A stretch of 64,000 nt of DNA from Octopus vulgaris (Eukaryota): NCBI GenBank assembly GCA_951406725.2, contig OX597824.1, positions 71,858,001 through 71,922,000 of the forward strand, given 5' to 3'. A program made the translations under genes and the position numbers. The notes under the pieces are model-generated. The model did not search any database and was not told where the DNA came from. It saw only the letters and a program-made list of their open reading frames with translations. This document shows positions 54,087-64,000 of this stretch, one piece after another (the first letter of the stretch is position 1; each line of letters opens with the position of its first letter).

Positions 54087-54219
54087 TTATAATCACCCCA
54101 CATTACTGTATGGTTAACACCATATAGTTTTCTGGTGCATCTAAGTTAAGTACCGCATTCAAGTGAATTCATTAGAATTGACTTGAATCTTAATTGCTTT
54201 TATTGTATATATATATATA

Positions 54220-54254
54220 TACTAGCTTAAGGTGACCCGCTCTACGCGCGGGTA
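54220..54254 (-). mobile_element. Helitron-like 3' terminus
   Basis: Minus strand hairpin acccgcgcgtagagcgggt followed shortly by CTAG|T, abutting (TA)n. Confidence 0.55.
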
Positions 54255-55362
54255 AGAGTGTGGTTGTTACTTTCTGTTGCTTCCTTTCAGCACGTAAAAA
54301 GCACCATCCGAACGTGGGCGATTGCAGCGCTGCCTTGACTACCACCTGTGCCGGCGGCACGAAAAAAGCACCCACTACACTCATGGAGTGGTTGGCGTTA
54401 GGAAGGGCATCCACCTGTAGAAACACTGCCAGATCAGACTGGAGCCTGGTGCAGCCTCCTGGCTTCCCAGACCCCGGTCAAACTGTCCAACCCGTGCTAG
54501 CACGGAAAACGGACGTTAAACGATGATGATGATGATGATGATTCTCCCTCTTTGTTTCTCTCTCCTTTCTCTCTCACTTTCCCACTCTCTTACTTTTCTT
54601 TTCTCTCGGACTCTCCCTCGCTTTCTCTTACTCTCTATCTTTATCTCTCTCCCATTTATAAACAACAAAAGATATTGAGAAAGTTGAGAAATAGAATATT
54701 TTGAAAGATCAATCATAAATATCAGACAGTGACAACGGAAAGGTCTGCAAAACACTAACATTTAAAAGGGACAGATGAACTTACGAGCTGAATAAAAATA
54801 ATAATATATTGGAAACCAAAGTTTGAAGGGATAGAATGTGAGGATAGCAGAGTCACCATGGCTGGCATTTCTTAACGACGGACAGCAACGTATTGACAGT
54901 TTAACGGCTGGCGTAAAATTTTGAACTTGATGTAAAAGAAAATTCGTAAACACCAAATTTTGAAGTGATTCTTTCTCACGACAGTAGACTCACCATAGCA
55001 AGCATTCAAAACTTCTTCATCATGGACGGCAACACATTGACGATTAAAAGGCTGACGCAAATTTTTTAGCTTGATGTAACAGAGAATTCCTAAACACCCG
55101 CTCCTTTAAATTTTAATCCATTTCCAGCCCCATTTAGACCCCTTTTCACATTTTGGTTAATATAACCTGATTTCATTCGGGTCTACTGGGGCCACATTTT
55201 ATAAGATGAAGAATTTTGTCCTAGAGGTCACGCTTTTCATTTGAGGAAAAAAATAGGTGTCATGCAAACTTGCCAGCACTTTTAACATAGGTGCGCATAT
55301 TTTCAGCTCAACCGACCACATAATGCACACATTATATATATATATACATATATATATATATG

Positions 55363-55407
<45 letters not shown>

Positions 55408-55432
55408 ACGCATTATATATACAAATGTATAC

Positions 55433-55469
<37 letters not shown>

Positions 55470-56194
55470 TTAGAGATAATACCACTATTAGGCAAATCAA
55501 ACAGTGAAAAACATAAATCAAAACATAAAAATTAAAATATAATATACAAAATATATAAAATATAAAATTGAAAAATTTAAATTATTTAAATTTAAAATTA
55601 AAATTATTAATTTATATTTATAATTTTAAAATATATATATATAACTATCAAAAAGTATTAAAAAGTTTAATATACATAAATACAGATATATACACTTTGT
55701 ATATATACATTATATATACATATTTATATATAGAACACACACACATATATATAAATTAACCCAATAAATATCTGATTCATAATATTTGTTCTCATGATTG
55801 TGTGGTGGTGGTGGCGGTGATAATTCTGTCTATGAATGCAGACAGACGTAGAGAGAGAGTGTGTGAAAGCGCTGTCGAAGGCGGGGAGGAGGAGGAGATA
55901 TAGAACGCCGTTTGAGGACGTTATAAAGAGAAAGTGAAGGGGAGTTAGACGACGTTATATATAGAAAGTGATGGGAAGGGAGGAAAGAGAGTGAGTGACG
56001 GAGGAAGACAGATACATAAAAGAATGAGAGTCGACTTGTCAAAGTGCATTTTTGGCCCTAGCAACGACACCTTTTACATGTCCCTGTAAATTTTGGAGTC
56101 AATCCGACGGGATCTAGTGGCCTTTAACCCGTTCTCAATACCAAAACCAGACAAACAAACAAACAAACTTTTCGCATTTCAGTTTTATAAACAA

Positions 56195-56256
<62 letters not shown>

Positions 56257-56429
56257 ACGTCTAGCGATCGTGATTTCAGTTCCTAGCCGCTGTGGTGCGT
56301 TGTATTCTTGAGCGAAACACATCATCTCTCGTTGGTCTGCAATCGCTTTGACACCTGACGCGTGGTACACCGTGCACCTGTTCAGGCAACGTCGATTTGA
56401 TGGAGAGAGTGAGCTGATGTGCGGCACGA

Positions 56430-56600
56430 ATATTTGAACTCTATAAAATTGTGCAAGTCATTCGTCAAAAAGCACGGAATTTTATTAGTGAACAGGTCAC
56501 AGTCTCAAAGTGACGAAAATAGTTTGACTAAATGTGAACTCTGTGTTACTGAAAAATTAAATATTATCCAATCAACAGACATGAAACCTTCTCTCCCTGT
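56430..56600 (+). pseudogene. Penelope-like endonuclease C-terminal fragment
   Basis: TKCELCVTEKLNII matches the CxLCxxE motif also seen in the 61538-62350 ORF. Confidence 0.5.
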
Positions 56601-57071
56601 ATATTTTACATTCAAACTCTTTAAAGAAGACCCCTCTATAAACGAGGGTAACTATAAACGAGGGCAACCCAACCAGGATAGCCCCTTTATAAACGTGAAC
56701 ACACATAGCACGCAAACTTCACACAACAAAGGAGAAATAAGCCACAAAAAAGGAATAAGTCCCAATGACATACAACCTCAACACACAAGTACAAAAAACA
56801 CCATACCCAGAACAAAAACAAACCAATAATACAAAAAAAAAAGAAGACAAATCCAAGGGAGACAGACTCACAAAATTCCTTTTATAGTAATGTCCCTTGA
56901 TGCATTGTTTCATTTACGCGAATTTACGAGAAATCCTGAACGAAACGAGACTGTTTTCCAAAATGTAGGCGAACATCTTTCTCCGTGTGATCGGCTTGAA
57001 AAATAAAATATTAGGATATTTTCCTACTCTTCTTAACATGAAACCAATGGTAGACTTAATTCACAAATAAA

Positions 57072-57149
<78 letters not shown>

Positions 57150-57154
<5 letters not shown>

Positions 57155-58721
57155 CGGCCATAATATAAGGGTCAGTAGGAACAAGTGTATTGAAATAGTT
57201 ATTATAGAAGATTAAGAACACGTTGAGACTAGATATTTTACACATATTTAGGTATATCTAATATCTATCTTTCGTGAAATTTTTCAAGTGAATAGAATAA
57301 ATATTTCGTAAGCTATGAGGAATTAACAATCTTCCAAATTGCAGCGGCTAAAAGTTAAGGGTGACTTTAAAAAATGAACTACTAACCGAAGTTTTTGTTG
57401 TTTAGAAGACTGTTAATGGGCTAACAGTTACTTCTTATGATCTTACATTATTGGAACATTCAACTGTCAATGTGGTGGCTTGTGAGAGACGGCCGGTGTC
57501 CTGTGATGAAAAACAAAGGATTGTGTACCTTCACTGAGAGGGCAAATCAAATTCTGTGATAACAACTACTGTAGGAAGGTCTAGAAGTGTTGTGCAACGA
57601 ATTATAGCTCATTTTAAGTCGTCAGGATCGACAGATGCTAACCCCAAACCGGTAGACCTCATAAGACTTCACCAAGACAGGATTGTATTATGGTTAGAAT
57701 GTCACTGAAGGATAGGTTTAAGAGTACTGCTAGAGATATCCCGCGAGTTTAGTTCCACTTCCGATGTCAACGTATCACACAAAACAGTTTCTCGGAGGTT
57801 ACGAGGTTCTGAGTTGCTTGCTTGGGCACCGGCAAAGAAACCTCTGATCTCCAAGAAGAATAATTTCGCTCACGAGCATGTCGTTTGGACAGAAGAACAG
57901 TGGTCGCAGGTTCATTTTAGTGCTTAATCGAAGTTTAATGTGATTCGTTCCGATGGCGGTATGTACGTCCGATGAAGAAGTGGCAATGGGTTGTCTCGTG
58001 TATGTGTGAAGAAGGCAGTGAAACATGGAGGAGGCAGTGTAACGGTATTGGGAGTGATCTCTGCTGCTGGTTCTGGTCCACTTATTCACCTACAAGGGAC
58101 TGTCAATGCTGAAATCTACAAGCAGATTCTTTGACAGCATGCTCTTCCACATACCCGATCCTCGTCAGTTCAACCTCCTATCTCCGTGCGGGACAACGCT
58201 CCCTGTCACACTGCGAAGAGAGTCAAAGATTTTTTGAGCGATGAAGGGGTTAATCTCATGGACTAGTCACCTCAAAGTCCCGATCACAACCCTATAGGAA
58301 ACGTTTGGAAGATTATTGGAGATGGAGCGCGAAGGAGAAATCCAAAGAACCAAAATGAAGTCTGGGAATTATTGAAAAACGAATGGAAAATATTACTCCA
58401 TCACTTTGCAAGAAATTAATTCAGTCCTGTCAGGAGGTTATTGACAGGAAATGGATGTTCAAAAATATTAATAGTAAGGGTTTCTTTTTTTGTTCTTGTT
58501 CCATTTTTCTAAGTGACCCTTAACTTTTGGCCGTTGCAGTTTGCAAGATCATTTGTTTATTTTCTCATAATTTACGAAATATTTATTCTATTCACTTGAA
58601 ATTTTCACGAAAGATAGATATTAGATATCTCTAAATGTGTGTAAAATATCTAGCCTCATCTTCTATAATAAATATTTTAATACACTTGTTCTTACTGACC
58701 CTTATATTATGGCCGCTACTG
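57150..58721 (+). mobile_element. Full-length decayed Tc1 element with long IR/DR-type TIRs
   Basis: ~215-bp TIRs (57150-57367 / ~58511-58721, ending ctactg|TA), each with two gcggc..aagggt direct repeats. Transposase motifs VKHGGGSV.VLG, DNAPCH and SPQSPDHNPI.NVW with stops. Confidence 0.93.
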
Positions 58722-58872
58722 TATATTTAGGAAATTTCTGTAAGAGATGAAATCAGTAACTATCTGTAATATAATATGTCATAATAAAACATGATAAAAC
58801 TCCGAGTTTTCAATTGCATGGTAGTTTCCCTTTGTTTAACGGTCATTTCCATAGCATATTTTGATTGCCTCG

Positions 58873-58931
58873 ATAACTGAAGAGATGCCGGTACGGATTT
58901 CCGCCCCGACATCCGAAGATCGGAGTTTTAT
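58873..58931 (+). ncRNA. Degenerate type I hammerhead motif (second copy at 43752-43812)
   Basis: auaa CUGAAGA gaugccgg..ccgacauc c GAAg aucggag UU/ uuau. The 43752 copy keeps GAAA CUCuGAG UU uuauu but has a mutated CUGANGA. Confidence 0.55.
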
Positions 58932-58955
58932 TATGGCAACCGAATAATTGTCACA

Positions 58956-59008
<53 letters not shown>

Positions 59009-59039
59009 GTGCATATATATATATATATATATGCATATA

Positions 59040-59092
<53 letters not shown>

Positions 59093-59288
59093 TACAAAAT
59101 TAGAGAATGGAGAAACATACTTAAATCAGTAAAACATCAACTATCCGATGATACTCAATCTATACTTTAATACACCATTACATATGAGTAAAGGCAATAT
59201 ATAAAATGAAATGAGATATACAGTAATAGTAAAAAGATAAAGAGATATAAGTAAAAAATTTCAAATATAATATGCAAATAAATCAAAA

Positions 59289-59396
59289 CTGACAGCTGTT
59301 TCGGCAGTGAGGGCAGTCATACCTCATTTAACCTATAAGCCATAAAGGCAGGTATAAATGAGGCATTAACAAGGATGCCCCACGGCCTCTTCAGAG
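59289..59396 (-). ncRNA. Type I hammerhead motif downstream of the Penelope-like ORF
   Basis: cu CUGAAGA ggccguggggca..ugcccucacugcc GAAA CAGCUG UC/ ag; long stem II with inner hairpin; stem I only ~2 bp. Confidence 0.7.
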
Positions 59397-59763
59397 AATT
59401 AAATTAAATTTGTTATAATAGTGAAAAATATTATATAATCATATACATATAAATATAAAAATATAAAAATGTAAAATATAAAAACTTATACATCATAATG
59501 CTACACTTATATAATATAATACACATTTGTACAAAAAAGGAAGGTAAACAGAACAAAATAAAACAAAATATATAACAGTGTATATATTAATATTAATAAG
59601 TACCGATATTATACATATTTGGCTAATAGTTTTTTTTTATAAAAAAAAAGGCTAACACATATGGAGATGAAAAATAATAATTAAAACCATGGTACAGTTC
59701 ATAAAATTCTAAAGCTATAAAAGTTAATAAAAATTACTATTAATATTAATAATAATAATAATA

Positions 59764-59822
<59 letters not shown>

Positions 59823-61537
59823 TAATAAAAATAGATACAGTTAAGTTAGCACCAAGTCCATCCTTTCAAGATCGAAATAACTATGAGTTAAGAAATGCTG
59901 ACCACTAGGTAAAGAAAATTTAGATTAATTCGATTGGCTATTGGTTTGAAATTTAAATCACAAAAGAAAACTATACGGTTGGTTAGTCAGGGAACGCCAA
60001 TATTCACACACGCATCTACAGATCAATCGCACATACACACATAGTTATATGTATATACATACACTTATACATATACATAATCACAAGCAACAACTAGCAC
60101 TTAGATAAACAAAAAAGGGAAGCAACTATGCTACCATTTAGTCCTTCAAAATTATAACTGTGCCTCAATAACAAAAAAAGAACCATCCATGCATTCCATA
60201 AAATATTTAATTTAGATATAAATATATTTTTAAATATCAGTATGTTACTAAGTCAGATAATTATTTCATGGGTAACTTAAAATTTATAACACCGGTTTGT
60301 TGCAGAGTAAACATACGGTTGTTAGATTTATCGTAAGTTTGTTATGATTTTAAGTACGCTAAATTATAAAATATAAAATATAAAATATATATTAATTTAA
60401 ATATTATAAATAAGTCACATATTAACTTAATAAATATAGTGCCATAATATACCAGTTTAGGCATTAAAAAATAGAAGGGGAAGTACTAATGTAAACGCTT
60501 ATGAGAACATCACAGAAATTTTAAATAAATTTTATATTATAAAGACTTAAGATGAAAAGTGATAAAATAAATAAGAAGGAATAAATACGAAGGAATAAAT
60601 ACGGTTATACACATAATTATAAGTACAAACCAGTATATATGTATTCATATATTATTAAAATTAAATAAAAATAAATGATAGATATGTATGTATAAAACTA
60701 CCTCAGTATAAGTAAATAAGTAAAAAAATAAATAGGTAACAAATTAGATGACTTGATATGTATGTAAACATCTACACCTAAATAGGCAAATAAATAAATA
60801 AATAGAAGACTAGATGCAAAGATAGATAACATTACAATAAAATGGAAAATAAATAAAAAATAAATAAAGTGAATATATATGTTATATTGTTGAAAGTAAA
60901 TATGTATGGAAGGATAGTTTAAAGTACAGATCCAGAGGACTATAGATATAAACTAAATATATAAGGCTGGTAATAATTATAAAGCAAAATGCATGTAAAT
61001 GAGAAAATGAAAAAAAATGAAAAAGGTTTATCAGTGAATAGCATAAGATACAAATTAAGGTGAGTACAAAAAAGACCAAATATACAATAAAAACCTTCCA
61101 AATAAACACATACAAAAAACCTATAATCTCAACCTAAACCCACCAAACTCACAAAAGGCTCTCATATATTACATATTATACAATATCATTACATTATCCA
61201 GAGCTAGGTATCTAACCAAGATATATATATATACTATGCAATATACTATGCAATATTGGAAAACTTCAAAAATCACACATTACAAGGCAAATACCAAAAT
61301 GAATATGTTATTTTATGTCATATTGCATTTCTCTTAAAAAACAAACAAAAATCCACATACAAAAAAACAAGAAACCAATAATACTAGACACATCCATTAA
61401 TTATTATACAAATGTAGCTATAAAAATTATAAAATTATAAAATTTATAAATTGTATACTTTAGAATTATAGAAGACCACAGGTATATTTAGTTAAAGAAG
61501 GGAATTAAAAAATTAATAATAGTGGAAGTGCTAAGTT

Positions 61538-62350
61538 CTATTTGAATCTAGAAAAGGTGAACGGTAGCCTATGAATACAAAAGAAGTTTTTTTCATTAAT
61601 GTTGTTAATAATTTGCCGACCCGCTTTAATAATGAAGAAAATTTCATTAATACATAGAGAGCATTTTTTATTTTTTCCATTATACACAGGTGCTGAAGTT
61701 AGTATTTTCCAGTTTAATCTAAAATCTAAGTTCTTACTTTTAAGTTCCCAAATGTATGCACTTAGCCCTGTAGAGTACATTCTATTTTTATTCCTAAAAG
61801 TATATCTGTGATAATTCCATCTTTGTTTTATGCTATTCATAGTTGCCCCGATATACACCCTACTACTCAATTGTGTATCTACAGTGCATTGGTAAACTAC
61901 CTCCTTCCTGAGGCATTGATTACCAAATACACATTTATTTTTATTTCTGCAATTACAAAGATTAACAGAATGAGGAAATCTAAGATTGGACACCACCCCT
62001 ATACTACTATTCACATTATAAGTGTTACAATTGTTATCATCATCCAAACCCAAAATCAACGAATGAGTTAATTTCACATTATCGGCTATATTCCTATCAC
62101 TAGTACTAGTATTGGTAGTAGTAGTATGATCTATTACATTTATATTATCTCTGACAGGTACGGTGCACTCATTATTAGTAAGGAGGTTGTTCCCATTCGT
62201 TCCAAGAAAGTTTCTATTCCTATTATTAATGAAGAGGGGCAAGTTTTCCTGGTCTAAATTCAATTTTCTATCCTTATAGAAGTGATCCAGTTTCTTGTTA
62301 TTAAAAGAGGAGATAATGGTGGCTAGATTATGAGTAATGCTATATCCCAC
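61538..62350 (-). CDS. Penelope-like GIY-YIG endonuclease domain (truncated TE ORF)
   Basis: [66 protein letters not shown]. Confidence 0.9.
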   Translation of the reverse strand: MGYSITHNLATIISSFNNKKLDHFYKDRKLNLDQENLPLFINNRNRNFLGTNGNNLLTNNECTVPVRDNINVIDHTTTTNTSTSDRNIADNVKLTHSLILGLDDDNNCNTYNVNSSIGVVSNLRFPHSVNLCNCRNKNKCVFGNQCLRKEVVYQCTVDTQLSSRVYIGATMNSIKQRWNYHRYTFRNKNRMYSTGLSAYIWELKSKNLDFRLNWKILTSAPVYNGKNKKCSLCINEIFFIIKAGRQIINNINEKNFFCIHRLPFTFSRFK

Positions 62351-62423
62351 TCTAACAGTACCGTTGTTGGATATATATTATCCCATGGTGGGTTGAGTTT
62401 TCAACCCCTATCTCATTTTATAA

Positions 62424-62467
<44 letters not shown>

Positions 62468-62471
62468 TATA

Positions 62472-62533
<62 letters not shown>

Positions 62534-62573
62534 AAACACACACACACATATACATACACACACACACACACAT

Positions 62574-62628
<55 letters not shown>

Positions 62629-62636
62629 TGTTTATT

Positions 62637-63090
62637 TTACAGATAAATTTCCTCTATTTACATAATATTGAGGTCTCTTTCTTTGTTTTGTTATCTTACT
62701 GTTTTTACCAATACACACACACACGCACACACACATATATATATTTACCGAACAGGGTCGCTAGTAAAAACGTCAATACTTTAATAACTGGACTGAATTA
62801 TTAATACAATAACCATGAAATACCTCTGTGCAGTAAATAATGACAACAATCGTTCTGTGCGAATAACTTCACGTTCAAAGTTTTAATCAGTCGCGTGACA
62901 AACGATCGCGTACAGTGAGTGTACAATGTTCAATAAGGATTTCTGGGAAGAAGAAAGGTTTTCAACGGATGATATTAACTGTAGTAACATCTTACTTCGA
63001 ATGTAAGCATTCGATTATTTTGCTAATGGTAAGACAACAAAAGAATGAAAGAGACCTCGATATTATGTAAATCGAGGAATTTATCTGTAA
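62637..63090. repeat. ~60-bp inverted repeat next to (TA)n
   Basis: ttacagataaatttcctctatttacataatattgaggtctctttc versus gaaagagacctcgatattatgtaaatcgaggaatttatctgtaa. Confidence 0.8.
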
Positions 63091-63091
63091 C

Positions 63092-63220
63092 TTACTTTTT
63101 TGTACTTGTGACGGCGTTCACCCTGGGCGGGTTGAGCCGGCTTCTTCTCTGGTCCTGACGGCATCACGAACCATGGCGGCCCACACTCGACGGTCCTGTG
63201 CGAGGTCACTGGAAATAGCT
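63092..63220 (-). mobile_element. RTE-type LINE extreme 3' end
   Basis: AISSDLAQDRRVWAAMVRDAVRTREEAGSTRPG*, homologous to the end of the 19865-20173 ORF. Confidence 0.75.
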
Positions 63221-63221
63221 A

Positions 63222-63700
63222 TGGGTTTCATGTAATAGGAGTGGAGGAGCTGCACTCTATTGTTCACAGTATCTAACCAAAGTTCAGTATCAAGGACAGG
63301 GAGTCTATTGTTAGGGTACCTAGTGGGGTAATCTATAGTTACCTTGATAATTTGGTGGATGGAGTTAGCTCTTCTCCATTATTCTCCTCTCGGTTTCTAC
63401 ATTACAGTTAAAAAAAGAGTTTGTCCTAACTAGAACATTAATGTCATCTACATACCTCCAGTAAAGCAAAACAGTTATGGGTTGATCCGCTAAAGATTGT
63501 TTAAGTTTTTTAGAAGCCGGCCACGTCTCTAGCTATATCGACACCGATGGCTGCACCTTGAACCTGCATGCATAGTTTTTTGTTAAATTTACTATGTGGT
63601 TCTTCAAGGTGGTTCTTATGCTAGCCCCTATTGCATGTGCAATCATTCTTTCCACCTGACTGTTGTTCTCAGAGTCCTGGGTGGGTATGGTGCAGCCACT
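63222..63700 (-). pseudogene. Penelope-like reverse transcriptase fragment
   Basis: Minus strand QGAAIGVDIARDVAG, LYWRYVDDINVLV and NRLPVLDTELW..SYYMKPI. Confidence 0.75.
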
Positions 63701-63893
63701 CCAGCGGTCTGTGATGCTTTTCTTCACTGCCGAGGTGATGGTGGGTGGTCTTCCCCTCTGTGACTTGGTGGGGGTAGAATATATATGTATTTATGTATGT
63801 ATGTATGTATGTATGTATGTATGTATGTATGTATGTATGTATGTATGTATATGTATATATATGTGTACACACACACACGCATACACATATATG

Positions 63894-64000
63894 AAGGCAG
63901 CGAGCTGGCAGAAACGTTAGCGCACCGGGCGAAATGCTAAGCGGTATTTCGTCTGCCGCTACGTTCTGAGTTCAAATTCAGCCGAGGTCGACTTTGCCTT
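63894..64000 (+). mobile_element. Nin-domain-like SINE running off the window end
   Basis: aaggcagcgagctggcagaaacgttagc..gttctgagttcaaattc..gtcgactttgcctt. Confidence 0.8.

Larger units (their letters stand above)
59092..62426 (-). mobile_element. 5'-truncated Penelope-like retroelement bounded by (TA)n
   Basis: GIY-YIG ORF, ~2.4-kb AT-rich 3' region, hammerhead near the 3' end, (TA)n on both sides. Confidence 0.75.

Overview
AT-rich, microsatellite-dense eukaryotic DNA. The SINE families and (TA)n/(ATT)n/(CA)n load suggest an octopus or other coleoid cephalopod (inference). One complete protein-coding gene can be built by hand: a 7-exon cardiolipin synthase (CRLS1) on + from 16733 to 30812, 391 aa, with all introns GT-AG and phase-consistent. 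Most of the remainder is mobile DNA: tRNA-derived and Nin-domain SINEs, RTE-type and R4/Dong-like LINE pieces, a Gypsy remnant, two Merlin remnants, Tc1, mariner, Tigger and hAT remnants, piggyBac/hAT/Merlin-type MITEs, and Penelope-like elements (PLEs). The main hidden layer is a set of type I hammerhead ribozyme motifs with minimal, mostly palindromic stem III. They sit in PLE-type or non-coding fold-back units next to (TA)n tracts, and include a recurrent variant-core family. Also present: an orphan 28S rRNA fragment between the Merlin remnants, several long inverted repeats inside the CRLS1 pre-mRNA, a young intronic LINE next to an exon, an orphan minus-strand exon candidate and a promoter-like island. 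Most ORFs in the supplied track are microsatellite or SINE artefacts. Coordinates and identities were read by eye.
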